From Malacoraja senta (lineage: Eukaryota), in contig CM075991.1 in assembly GCA_038087875.1 (NCBI GenBank), positions 372,001-436,000 of the forward strand: 64,000 bases of DNA, in the 5' to 3' direction. Under the pieces are notes generated by a model, which was given only the letters and a program-made list of their open reading frames with translations, was not told where the DNA came from and did no database searches. Positions 50,779 through 63,445 of the stretch are shown piece by piece. The position numbers and the translations under genes were made by a program. Position 1 is the stretch's first letter. Each line of letters opens with the position of its first letter.

Positions 50779-53700
50779 ACCAAGCACTGGGTAGAAACGG
50801 TGGAAGATAGTGGACGTCAAATGGGGGTGATTGGAGAAAGCATCCTGCTTGCCTGCTAGATTTTCACTTACTGTAACTGCAGGAAAAATGTTCCCAATGT
50901 TGGGGGAGTTCAGAACCAGGGGTCACAGTTTAAGAATAACGGGGGGGGGGGGGGGGGGGCAGTTAGGACTGAGATGAGGACAAACTTTCTTCACACAGAG
51001 AGTTGTGAATATGCGGAATTCTCTGCCACAGAAGGCAGTGCAGGCCAATTCACTGGATGTTTTCAAGAGAGAGTTACATTTAGTTCTTGGGGCTAACGAA
51101 ATCAAGGGATATGGGGAAAAAACAGGAAAGAGGTACAGATTTTAGATGAATAGCCATGATCATATTGAATGGCAGTGCTGGCTCGAAGGGCTGATGGCCT
51201 ATTCCTGCACCTATTTTCTATGTTTCTAGGCTTGAGTATATGGCAATAAACTCGATCACTTGATTTTGAAGCATTCATGCATGGTGGAGGTATAATGTAG
51301 TCATAGAGTGATACAGTGTGAAAACAGGCCTTCGGCACAACTTGCCCACACCCGCCAACATGTCCCAGCTACCCTACCTGCTGGGGGGAATTCCCTACCA
51401 TACTGTGGAATGTAATTAGGAATGTAATTTACTCTAACCTTATTCATAGCTATATATTTAAAGCATATATATTGCATTCAAGTGTAGGTTAAAAGACTCG
51501 CTACAGTATGCACCATATTGCACAATTTCAAGCTGAAAAATGCAAAAGTTCCGTACTAATGGGAGGGGGACACCCTCCTCCCACCCCCCCCCCCCCAGTC
51601 GCCATGCTCCCTCGGGCTTGGTCTCTCGCAATTTCTCACTCCCAACTCTCACCCAATGTTGGCAGCCCTGTGCACCTGATGGGCCGAAGGGCCTGTTTCC
51701 ACGCTGTTTCTTTCCATCAATAAATTTTGAAAAATGCGTGATGAATCCACTTAAGCAAAACAAAAAAAGAGCTCAACCTGTAAGGAGAAAGCTTCCGGGC
51801 TCCGTCCAGAATTAGTGTAAAAATATTCTTATTTAGAACTGGACTGAGAGATTATACAGAGTGGCGAATCTCTGGAATATTCTAAGGCAGAGGGTTGTGG
51901 AGGCTCGGTCACTGACTGCACTCAAAACAGATTCGGAACATCAGGGCAATAAAGGGGGACATGGCAGGAAAGTGTGGGTTAGATCAGCAGTGATCACTTT
52001 GAATGGCAAAGTGGGCCTGACTGACCTGCTCTGTATTTGTACATACCATCCTGGTAAAGATCTATCATCCCCACCAACTCATGTTCATTACAAACCAGCA
52101 GAAAGGCTTCAACTACCAAGTCTCTTGAATGGAAGCCGATGGGGGGCAAACAATAATCTGCAAGCATGTAGTCAGCTGTGATGAAGGTAGACACAAAATG
52201 CCGGAGTAACTGAGGGGACAGGCAGTATCTCTGGGGAGAAGGAATGGGTGACATAGAAACATAGAAAATAGGTGCAGCAGGTGGCCTTTTGGCCCTTCAA
52301 GCCTGCACCACCATTCATTGTGATCATGGCTGATCATCCACAATCAGTACCCCGTTCCTGTCTTCTCCCCATATCCCTTGATTCCACAAGCCCCTGTAGC
52401 TCTATCTAACTCTCTTTTAAATTCATCCATTGAATTGGCCTCTACTGCCGTCTGTGGCAGAGAATTCCACAAATTCACAACTCTCTGGGTGAAAAAGTTT
52501 TATCTCATCTCAGTTCTTAGACTGTGGTCCCTGGTTCTGGATGCCTCCATCATTGGGCAATTTTTTCCTGCATCCAGCTTGTCCAGTCCTTTTATAATTT
52601 TATACGTTTCTATTAGATATCCTCTCATCCTTCTAAGTTCCAGTGAATACAAGCCCAGTCTTTCCAATCTTTCCTCATATGACAGTCCCGCCATCCCGAG
52701 GATTAACCTCGTGAACCTACGCTGCACTGCCTCAATAGCAAGGATGTCCTTCCTCAAATTAGGAGACCAAAACCGCACACAATACTCCAGATGTGGTCTC
52801 ACCAGGGCCTGTGCAACGGCAGAAGGACCTCTTTACTTCTATACTCAAATCCTCTTGTTATGAAGGCCAACATGCCATGTTATGAAGGCCAAACGTTGCC
52901 TATTTCCTTTGCTACACAGATGCTGCCTCACCCGCTGAGTTTCTCCAGCATTTTTATCTACATGCCATTCGCTTTCTTCACTGCCTGCTGTACCTGCATG
53001 TTTACTTTCAGTGACTCGTGTATAAGGACACCCAGGTCTCATTGCACTTCCCTTTTTCCTAATCTGGCACTATTGAGATAATAATCTGCTTCCTTGCTCT
53101 TGCTGCCTAAATGGATAACCTCACATTTATCTACATTATACTGCATCTGCCACGCATTTGCCCACTCACTCAACCTGTCCAAGTCACCCTGCAACCTCCT
53201 TGCATCCTCTTCGCAGTTCACTGCCACCCAGCTTTGTGCCATCTGCAAATTTGTTAGTGTTACATCTAAATCATTAATATATATTGTAAATAGTTGCGGC
53301 CCCAGCACCGAGAGTTGCGGCACTCCATTCGCCTCTGCCTGATATTCTGACAGGGATCCGTTTATTCCTACTCTTTGTTTCTCTATCCATGTCAATATCC
53401 TACCCCCAATACCATGTGCTCTAATCTTGCCCCCTAATCTCCTGTGTGGGACCTTATCAAAGGCATTCTGAAAGTCCAGATACACTACATCCACTGGCTC
53501 TCCTTCATCCTTTTTACTTGTCACATTCTCAAAAAATTCCAGAAGATTAGTCAAGTACAATATCCCCTTCATAAATTCATGCTGATTTGGACCAATTCAT
53601 TACTGCTGTCCAATGCGCTGTTATTAATTCTTTAATAATTTACTCCAGCATCTTCCCCACCACCGATGTCAGACTAACTGGTCTGTAATTCCGTTTACTC

Positions 53701-53799
53701 TCTCGCTCCTATCTTGAAACGTGGGATAACATTAGCAACCCTCCAATCCACACAAACTGATCCTGAATCTATAGAACATTGGAAAATTATCACCAATGC

Positions 53800-54528
53800 A
53801 ATAATAATAATACTTTATTGTCATTGTAAATACATACAACAACATTTCAGGCGCATTGCCCGAGCGGAGCTCCAACGTATCAGATAAATAATAACGACAA
53901 TGGAAACAACAAAAACGTCAAGAAAAACATAGTCAGAATGTTCAATATTTCACAATATAGTGTTGTGGCAGTATAAAATATTGGCTATGGGGGCTATGTG
54001 TTCAAAGCAGAGTTCAGAGTGGTGATGGCCTTGGGGTAGAAACTGTTCGTTAATCTTGTGGTGTGTGATTTGATGGATCAGTAACGCTTTCCTGAGGGCA
54101 GAAGGGCAAAGAAGTGATGTGCGGGATGAGATGGATCCTTTAGGATGTGTGATGCCTTCCGCAGGCAACGAGAGCTAAAGATCTCTTCCAGGGCAGGCAG
54201 GTGTGTGTTGGTGATCTTCTGAGCTGTATTGATGACTCTCTGCAGAACCTTCTTGTCTGCCGCAGAACTGTTGCTTTACCACACCAGGATGCCATGTGTC
54301 AGGACACTCTCTGTGGAGCAACAGTAGAATGACACTAGCAGCTGTGGCAAGTTAACTTTCCTGAGTGATCTTAGGAAGTAAAGCCGTTGTTGTCAGGTTG
54401 GAGGCCGGTGACTAGTGGGGTGCCTCAATTGCAGATCTGTGTTGGGTCCATTGTTGTTTGTCATGTACATCAATGATCTGGATGATGGTGTGGTAAATTG
54501 GATTAGTAAGTATGCAGATGATACTAAG

Positions 54529-54561
<33 letters not shown>

Positions 54562-55980
54562 GATTTTATTTATATAGCGCTTTTCAGGACTCAAAGTCGA
54601 TAGGTGGTGTGGTGGATAATGAAGTCGATTTTCAAAGTCCACAGAGATATTTAGGCCTTTTGGAAGAGTGGGCTGAAAGATGGCAGATGGAGTTTAATGC
54701 TGATAAGTGTGAGGTGCTACATCTTGGCAGGACAAATCAAAATAGGACGTACATGGTAAATGGTAACGAATTGAGGAATATGGTTGAACAGAGGGATCTA
54801 GGAATAATTGTGCATCGTTTCCTGAAGGTGGAATCTCATGTAGATAGGGTGGTAAAGAAAGCTTTTGGTGTGCTGGCCTTTATAGAGCATTGAGTATAGT
54901 AGTTGGGATGTAATGTTAAAATTGTACAAGGCATTGGTGAGGCCAATTCTGGAGTATGCAGTACAATTTTGGTCGCCAAATTATAGGAAAGATGTCAACA
55001 AAGTAGAGAGAGCAGAGGAGATTTACTAGAATGTTGCCTGGGTTTCAGCAACTAAGTTACAGAGAAAGGTTGAACAAGTTAGGTCTTTATTCTTTGGAGC
55101 GCAGAAGGTTAAGGGGGGACTTGATAGCGGTCTTTAAAATGATGAGAGGGATAGACAGACTTGACGTGGATAAGCTTTTTCCATTGAGAGTAGGGAAGAT
55201 TCAAACAAGAGGACATGATTTGAGAATTAAGGGACAGAAGTTTAGGGGTAACATGAGGGGGAACTTCTTTACTCAAAGAGTGGTAGCTGTGTGTATTGAG
55301 CTTCCAGTGGAAGTGGTGGAGGCAGGTTCGATTTTATCATTTAAAAATAAATTGGATAGGTATATGGACTTGGGATAGGGGAAAGGAATGGAGGGCTATG
55401 GTCTGGTCAGGTATATGGGAAAGGAATGGAGGGTTATGGTCTGAGTGCAGGTAGATGGGACTGGGGAGAATAAGTGTTCGGCACGGACTAGAAGGGCCGA
55501 GATGGCCTGTTTCTGTGCTGTAATTGTTATGTTATATGTTATGTCGTGCGTTCCTAACCAGGGAGTGCGTGTTAGTTGACCACCTGAGATGTGCTGAGAT
55601 GTGGGTGCCCAGGAACCTGAAACTGGAGACTGTCCACTCTTTCTCCGTTTATGTGCAGTGGGGGATGGTCACCATGCTTCTTCCTGAAGTCAATGATAAG
55701 CTCTTTTGTTTTCTTTGTATTGAGTGCTAAGTTGTTCTCTGAGCACCAGCCTATTAACCTCTGTACCTCCTCCCTGTAAACTGACTCATCGCCCTCAGTG
55801 ATCAGCCTGCGAATTTAATGATGGTGTTCTTGTTGTGGGTCGGTATGCAGTCATGCCTATAGAGGGAGTAGTGGAGGGGGCTCAGCACACAGCCTTGTGG
55901 AGCTCCTGTGCTGAGTGTCAGAGTGGGGGTGTGGTGGGGTCCCATCCTGACTGACTGCGGCCAGTCCGTAAGGAAGTCCT
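53800..55980 (-). mobile_element. Rex1/Babar-like LINE 3' half, split by a plus-strand CR1 at 54395-55545
   Basis: LTLSTGAPQGCVLSP and NTIIKFA motifs on one side, ITHPKG...LPSGKR-like C-terminus and (TAT)n tail on the other. Confidence 0.8.
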
Positions 55981-56944
55981 TGATTTCTCGAGCCACCTCC
56001 TTGAGTACCCTGGGATGCAGACCATCAGGCCCTGGGAATTCATCAGCCTTCAGTCCCATCAGTCTACCCAATACTATTTCTCGCCTAATGCAAATTTCTT
56101 TCAGTTCTTGTCTCCCCAGATCCTCTGGGAGATTGTTTGCTTCTTCCTTAGTGAAGACAGAACCAAAGTACCTGTTCAACTCTTCTGCCATTTCCCTGTT
56201 CCCGATAATAATTTCACCTGTTTCTGCCTTCAAGGGACCCAGATTAGTCTTTACTAATCATTTTCTCTTAACATACCTAAAGAAACTTTTACTACCCTTC
56301 TTTATATTCTTGGCCAGCTTATCCTCATACTTCATCTTTTCACCCCGTATTGCCCTTTTTGTTACCTTCTGTTGTCCTTTGAAAGTTACTCAATCCTCAG
56401 GCTTCCCGCTACTCTTTGCTATATTATACACCTTTTCGTTTAGTTTTATTCCATCCCTAACTTCCCTTGTCAGCCACTGTTGCCTCTTAGAATCTTTCTT
56501 CCTCTTTGGAATGAAATGATCCTGCATCTTCTGCATTATGCCCAGAAATTCCTGCCATTGCTGTTCCACCGTCATTCCTGCTAGGATTCTTTTCCAGTTG
56601 ACCTTGGCCAGCTCCTCTCTCAAGCCTTCATAGCCCCCTTTGTTCAACTGCAACACTGACACTTCTGATTTAACCTTCTCCCTCTCAAATTGCAGATTAA
56701 AATTTATCATATTATGGTCACTATCTCCTTGCAGTTCCTTTACCTTGAGTTCCTTTATTAAATCTGGTTCATTAGACAACACTAAATCCAGAATTGCCTT
56801 CCCTCTGTTAGGCTCCAGTGCAAGCTGCTCTAAGAATCCATTTCGGAGGCACTCTACAAACTCCCTTTCTTGGGGTCCAGAACCAACCTGATTTTCCCAG
56901 TCTACCTGCATATTGAAATCTCCCATAACCACAGTGGCTTTACC

Positions 56945-59146
56945 ACTGATGACCCCTTTTCCCGTCTCCAACGCACCCCATCCTCATGGAACCCCCCTCA
57001 TAGCCTTCCGGCTTTAGAACTCTTTATTCAAAACTGCCGCCGTGACATCAACCGCCTCAACTTCTCCACTCCCCTGTCTCACTCCAATCTCTCCCCCCCT
57101 GAACGCACTGCCATCGACTCACTCCGCAACAACCTAGATTGGGTTATCAAACCCACCGACAAGGGAGGTGCCGTGGTAGTCTGGCGCGTCGATCTCTACA
57201 AAGCTGCCACGCGCCAACTCTCGGACACCTCCTCCTACTTACCCCTGGACCATGACCCCACTGACGAGCACCAGGCCACCATCTCCAGCACCATCACCGA
57301 CTTCATCCACTCCCACGCCCTGCCCGACCGAGCCTTCAACCTCATCGTTCCCCAGCCCCGCACAGCCCGCTTTTACCTTCTCCCCAAAATCCACAAACCT
57401 GACTGTCCCGGTAGACCCATTGTCTCTGCCTGTTCGTGCCCCACCGAACTCATCTCCACCTACCTCGACTCCATCCTATCCCCCTTGGTTAAATCCCTCC
57501 CTACCTATGTTCAAGACACCTCAGACACTCTCCGTCATCTCCGCGCATTCCACTCTCTAGGCCCTCACCCCCTCATCTTCACCATGGACGTCCAGTCATT
57601 GTACACCTCCATCCCCCACCAGGATGGTCTCGAAGCCCTCCGTTTTTTCATCGACCGTAGAAGCAATCTATACCCGGCCACTGACACCCTCCTCCGCCTA
57701 GCGGAGCTGGTCCTTACACTTAATAACTTTTCATTTGACTCCTCCCATTTCCTCCAAATACAAGGCGTAGCTATGGGCACACGCATGGGCCCCAGCTACG
57801 CCTGCCTCTTTGTCGGGTACGTAGAACAATCCTTGTTCAATGCGTACCAGGGCCCCATCCCCGACCTCTACCTCCGCTACATCGATGATTGTTTTGGTGC
57901 CACATCCTGCACCCACACACAACTGACTAACTTCATCCGCTTCACCACCAACTTCCATCCGGCACTCAAATACACCTGGACCATTTCCGACACTTCCCTA
58001 CCATTCCTTGACCTCACTATCTCCATCGCAGGTGATAGACTCCTTACCGACATCCACTACAAACCTACCGACTCCCATGGCTATCTGGACTACACTTCTT
58101 CCCACCCTGCTTCCTGTAAGGACTCCATCCCCCACTCCCAATTCCTCCGTCTACGCCGCATCTGCTCCCAGGATGAGGCGTTCCACACCAGGGCATCTGA
58201 AATGTCCTCATTCTTCAGGGAACGGGGGTTCCCCTCCTCCACCATAGATGAGGCTCGCACCAGGGTCTCTGCCATACCCCGCAACACTGCTCTCTCTCCC
58301 CATCCCCACTCACAACAAGGGCAGAGTCCCCCTAGTCCTCACCTTTCACCCCACCAGCCGTCACATACAAGTGATCCTCCGTCAGTTTCGCCACCTCCAA
58401 CGTGACCCCACCACTCGCCACATCTTCCCATCTCCCCCCATGTCTGCCTTCCGCAAAGACCGCTCCCTCCGTAACTCCCTTGTCAATTCTTCCCTTCCCT
58501 CCCATACCACCCCCTCCCCTGGTACTTTCCCTTGCAACCGCAAGAGATGCAACACTTGTCCCTTCACCTCCCCCCTCCACTCCATTCAAGGACCCAAGCA
58601 GTCGTTCCAGGTGCGACAGAGGTTCACCTGCATCTCCTCCAACCTCATCTATTGCATTCGCTGCTCTAGATGCCAGCTGATCTACATCGGTGAGACCAAG
58701 CGGAGGCTTGGCGATCGTTTCGCCGAACACCTCCGGTCGGTCCGCAATAACCAACCTGAACTCCCGGTGGCTCAGCACTTCAACTCCCCCTCCCATTCCG
58801 TATCTGACCTCTCTGTCCTGGGTCTCCTCCATAACCACAGCGAGCAACACCGTAAATTGGAGGAAATGCACCTCATATTCCGCTTGGCCAGTCTACATCC
58901 TGGGGGTTTGAACATTGAATTCTCCCAATTCTGCTAGCCCTTGCTGTCCCCTCCCCTTCATCAGCCATCTGGTTGTCTCCTCCCCTCCCCCAGCCCTCGG
59001 GCTCCTCCTCCGCCTTTTTCCTTTTTTCCTTTCTTCTCCCACACCCTATCAGTCTGAAGAAGGGTTTCGGCCCGAAACGTTACCTATTTCCTTCGCTCCA
59101 TAGATGCTGCTGCACCCGCTGAGTTTCTCCAGCATTTTTGTGTACC
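56945..59146 (+). mobile_element. Penelope-like element (RT plus GIY-YIG endonuclease, frameshift near 58300) with a 3' pLTR hammerhead motif
   Basis: KPTDKGGAVV, LPKIHK, GRPIVS, GVAMG and YLRYIDD motifs, then a CNRKRCNTC linker and NLIYCIRC...YIGETKRRLGDRFAEH. TSD gtggctttacc at 56934-56944 and 59147-59157. Confidence 0.95.
59051..59084 (+). ncRNA. Minimal hammerhead ribozyme motif in the Penelope pLTR
   Basis: CTGAAGA (59054-59060), stem II gggt-ttcg-gccc, GAAAC (59074-59078), palindromic AACGTT. Minimal hammerheads are an established feature of PLE termini. Confidence 0.7.
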
Positions 59147-61071
59147 GTGGCTTTACCTTTGTTACATGCCAATTTAAACTCCTACTCCAACTTGCACCCC
59201 GTATCCAGGCTACTGTTCAGGGGCCTGTAGATAACTCCCATTAGGCTCTTCTTACCGTTACAATTCCTCAATTCTATCCACAATGACTACATCGTCAGTC
59301 CTATGTCATCCCTCGCAATGGACTGAATTCCATCCCTCATCAACAGGGCTACCCCAACTCCTCTGCCCACCTGCCTGTCCTTTCTATAGGACGTAGAACC
59401 CTGAATATTCAGTTCCCAGTCCCGATCCTCCTGCAGCCATGTCTCTGTAATCCCCACAATGTCATATCTACCAATCTCTAACTGAGCCTCAAGCTCATCC
59501 ACATTACTTCTTATACTTTGTGCATTCATATATAATTATTTTCATCCATTACTCACTTCACGTTTCACACTGATTCCTATTTCATTTGGGCATACTCTCC
59601 TATCCCATCGTGAGCTTTCTGTCCCATTAATTCTGGTGTCTTTCTTAACTTTTCTTATACTCACTTTCCCTTTAACTCCATCCTTGTATTTCCAATTTGT
59701 CTCTTCCCCCCCACTATTTAGTTTGAACTCATCCGTGTAACAGTGGCAAACCTGCCTGCCAGAATGCTGGTCCGTCCGCTTGGTGACATTTCAGGTCGAG
59801 TCTGAAGAAGAGTCTCGACTCAAAATATCACCCATTCCTTCTCTACCTTTGATTTAAACCAGCATCAGCAGTTCTTTCCTACACATTTTGTCAGCTGGGA
59901 TGATCTGGTCCACCTCATTACACCCGCTGCAATCCTTCATTGCACATCGGCTGGGAAGGTTTTCCCACAGACGATCTTATAGAGGAATATAAAACAATGA
60001 CAGGCATTGATAAGATGCAGTGGCCAGTCTTTTACCCAGGGTGGGGGAGGTATAAAACGCACGAGCATAGGTTTAAGGTGAGAGAAAGTTGTATAAAGGG
60101 ACCAAGCAGTGTGGTGCGTACTTGGAACGAGCTATCAGAGGAAGTAGGAAAGGGGTTTCATAGACAGCATTTAAGACAGTGGGACAGGTACATGGCTATG
60201 AAAGGATGCAGCCCAGACAAGTGGGACTGGCTCAGGGAGGATACTTGACCAGGTGTTGTAGACTTATGAGGAGTTCATGTACATAGCTCCCTGCAAGTGG
60301 CACGAGATGGGCAGGGTGAGGAAAGCAATGGGGACACTGAGCTTCATCAGTCAGGGACTCGAGTATAGAAGTTGGGACCTTATGTTGCAGTTGTACAAGT
60401 TGTTGGTGAGGCCACACTTGGAGTATGTTCAGCTTAGGTCACTCTGCTATAGGGAAGATGCCATTAAGCAGCAAAGAGTGCAGAGAAAATTGACAAGGAT
60501 GTTGCCAGGACTCCATGGACGGTTACAGGGATAGATTGGACAGGCTAGGACCCATCCTTTATACACATCTTATAGATGTGCATACAATTATGAAGGGAAT
60601 AGATGGGGATGAATGCAGAGGGTCTTTTTTCCCCAGGACTGGGCAATCAAGAACTAGAGGGCATAGCTTTAAGGTGAGAGGGGAAATATTTAAACGGGTA
60701 ACATTTCCACTCAGTGGTGGTATGTATATTGAACAAGGTGCCAGAGGAAGTCATTGAAGCAGGTATAACAACACAATTTAAAGGTTTCGAGGGATATGGG
60801 TCAAACGCAAGCTAATGGTACTTGCATAGATGGGGCATTTTGTACAATTTGAGCCTGGGCCGGGGCATGCTTCCATGTTGTGTGACTGACACGTCCATTG
60901 TGTCGACTGGATGTGGTTGGAAGCAAATGATCATGATGGCTTAGTGCTGTCAAACAGGGGGGTCTCATGGCCTTTATACAGATGAGGCTGCATCAAGATC
61001 ATCTCTGCTTTTTCTGAAGCTTCTAAACACTGCAGGAAGTGAAGATAAAATGATACAAATGAACAAATTCA

Positions 61072-61077
61072 TTTATT
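61072..61077 (-). terminator. AATAAA poly(A) signal of the putative neighbouring gene (3' UTR about 61055-62854)
   Basis: Minus strand reads caaAATAAAtgaatttgttcatttgtatcattttatc: hexamer, CA and a U-rich downstream element, in unique sequence. Confidence 0.45.
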
Positions 61078-62854
61078 TTGATTCCAGATTACATTTGATA
61101 CCAAAAACCGTAGAAAATCTTGATTAGTGACTTCCTCAATCACTGATGCAATGAATTTAGGGAGTCGGGTAAAAGGATGAAGCACCGAGCATCAGATACA
61201 CAAGCAGGAACACTGTCTCCTGAACCACCGAGCTGAGCCTCAGTGTGAAGGAGGCCAGTGTACAAGCTGTAGCCACCCTCCAGACCCAGTGCCCGCCCAC
61301 CCTCCACAGGAGCAAGACAATGTGGAACAACTGGCAACCCAGCCTAATCACTGAAGATGCTGGAGTAACTCAGCGAGTCAGGCAGCATCTCGAGAGAAAA
61401 GGAATACGTGACGGGTCATGACCCTTCATAGGACAGTTTGATGAAGGATCTCGACCCGAAACGTCACCTATTCCCTTTCTCCAGAGATGCTGTCTGACCC
61501 AATGAGTTACTGCAGCATTTTGTGTCTTTGGTGTAAACCAGCATCTGCAGTTCCTTCTCACACACAAGCCTAATCACTGCTCTCTAATAACACCACAGTC
61601 ACCAGAAAGATATATAATTTCCCGGTATCTGTGCAATGTGCTGGCAACCGACTTGCTGGGTGAAATATGCACCCTATTCCTTCAGACTGAGTGCCCCACG
61701 TTCTATTCAAGGACAGGTCTAGGCTGCAGATAGAGACCACTTGAACTGAGAGGGTCCTGAGGATTTTTCTTATCCTACTTGAGATAGCCAGAGATGAACA
61801 GAGTAGGCAACTAGTACAGATCAGTCTGAAGCAAGGTCTGGATCCGAAACGTTCACCTATCCATGTTCTCCAGGAAAGCTGCCGGACCTGCTGAGTTACT
61901 CCAGCACTTTGTGCTCATTTGTAGTACGGATTAGACTTGGGCTGTCACGGCACTCGAGTCAGACTACACTCAAACCCATGGAATTAAATAAATTAAGTTT
62001 TAAAGTAGCAAAGTAATAATGTTTTCTGAGCAGACTCAGTGAAATTTCAGCAACTTATTTGGAGCCCTTGGATAGATTAGAAATTGACCCCAATACTAAA
62101 ACAATCTACTGGATTAATTGCTTTTTGTCGAATCAAAGAGCAATTTAAACGATGCAGGGAAGTAGTGAAATTCCTCTCAGTAAGTCAGTGCTCACAGGAC
62201 GGTTAGGGTCATAGAGTTCCCTGCGCCCCACCTCAGCATCCTTCACCAGTTTCCCTGCTGGCCATTTAGTTAGTTCATTCAGAGGGTTGACTGTAGTCAA
62301 GGGGTGAATTAGTCACTGAGAACTGAGGTAACACTCGAGTGTTGGTCCATCAGAGGACTGTCAAGGCATGATCTGCTGCCCCCGATCTGAAGCATTGCAG
62401 CCGCACGTGTTTTAAGTTGTACAGGAAGCGGAGTTAATACAGTGTGGACTGCAGTGTGATCCCCTTCCTCAACAGGGGAGCAGTACCTGTACAATGTGCT
62501 GGCAATATTCACCATCCCTCGGACCACCTTCACAATATAGTATTCGAGGCCATGTCTTTTAAAATCTGCACTATGGATGGGGAGATTATGAACTGATTAA
62601 AAGTGTTTGTTTTGCTAAAAGAAGAAGTTCGAGAAGCAGTGACATCAGAAAATGAATCGAGGATTGGGAGCCAAGCACAATATTAAGGCAGATGAATGGA
62701 GGTTCCTCCACATTTCTGAGGCAGCAATAGACAAACGATCTACCGATACCTGAACATAGATGCAGCCACCAAAGCAGCCTCTCCGTTTCATCCTGCACAT
62801 TATTTCTTTCAGTTACGTTTAATCAAAGTGACTAAAATCTTTTGCATTTGCTTA

Positions 62855-63244
62855 TCAATTGTCCCATCGTCGATGTGTATTCAGCCTAACCTGACCTCGA
62901 GAGACTGATTTCCGTTCGCTGGTGTCCCTGGTTTCGTGAGGGAGCTGATAACCGTCCCAGTGGTTCACGGGCCGATTCTTCCCCCAGTCAGACGGTAGCT
63001 GATGAGAACGCCACGACGACTGTGACTGACAGCTCGTCCTTGACGAGTCCCACCACCCGCCAGTGGAGTCAGAGTAGGCCCTATGTCCATTGCCCAGCGC
63101 TGGGTGATGAACAGCAGGGGGTCCAAACCCCTGTTCTCTGGAACGCTGCCTCGGCAAGTAGGAATCAGCAGGCTGAACAGGCGGGCAGGCAAAGTGACTG
63201 AATTCACGGAAGTCGTTTCTTGGTGGATACTTTCCACGATTTGT
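62855..63244 (-). CDS. Probable terminal coding exon of a neighbouring gene; 5' end hidden in the N gap
   Basis: 129 open codons (TNRGKYPPRNDF...RLNTHRRWDN) ending TGA TAA. CpG-containing, with an abrupt switch to AT-rich sequence after the stop and a pyrimidine tract just across the gap. The R/S/H/P/W-rich tail and human DUSP11-STAMBP adjacency suggest DUSP11, but no domain is recognisable. Confidence 0.5.
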   Translation of the reverse strand, partial: TNRGKYPPRNDFREFSHFACPPVQPADSYLPRQRSREQGFGPPAVHHPALGNGHRAYSDSTGGWWDSSRTSCQSQSSWRSHQLPSDWGKNRPVNHWDGYQLPHETRDTSERKSVSRGQVRLNTHRRWDN

Positions 63245-63245
63245 T

Positions 63246-63445
63246 NNNNNNNNNNNNNNNNNNNNNNNNNNNNNNNNNNNNNNNNNNNNNNNNNNNNNNN
63301 NNNNNNNNNNNNNNNNNNNNNNNNNNNNNNNNNNNNNNNNNNNNNNNNNNNNNNNNNNNNNNNNNNNNNNNNNNNNNNNNNNNNNNNNNNNNNNNNNNNN
63401 NNNNNNNNNNNNNNNNNNNNNNNNNNNNNNNNNNNNNNNNNNNNN
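63246..63445. other. Assembly gap (200 N)
   Basis: Run of n characters. Confidence 1.

Larger units (their letters stand above)
49659..51670 (+). mobile_element. Non-autonomous hAT-like TIR element (2012 bp) carrying a TDP2-like exon 1, with a duplicated left arm
   Basis: Perfect 13-bp TIRs CAGGGCTGCCAAC (49659-49671) and GTTGGCAGCCCTG (51658-51670). Flanking direct repeat TGCACC at 49653-49658 and 51671-51676. It splits a V-SINE. A second left TIR starts at 50418. Confidence 0.85.
52250..59760 (-). mobile_element. Near-complete CR1 ORF2 fragmented by nested Rex1, CR1 and Penelope insertions
   Basis: Collinear pieces at 52250-53800, 55980-56944 and 59147-59760, from NAQSIRSN...GITETWL to the 3' tail. 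Confidence 0.88.

Noticed and set aside
62309..62570. Possible terminal exon ADFKRHGLEYYIVKVVRGMVNIASTLYRYCSP... on the minus strand
   Set aside because: Weak acceptor and no recognisable homology. It lies downstream of the stronger stop at 62855 and is more simply read as 3' UTR, though an alternative exon is not excluded.
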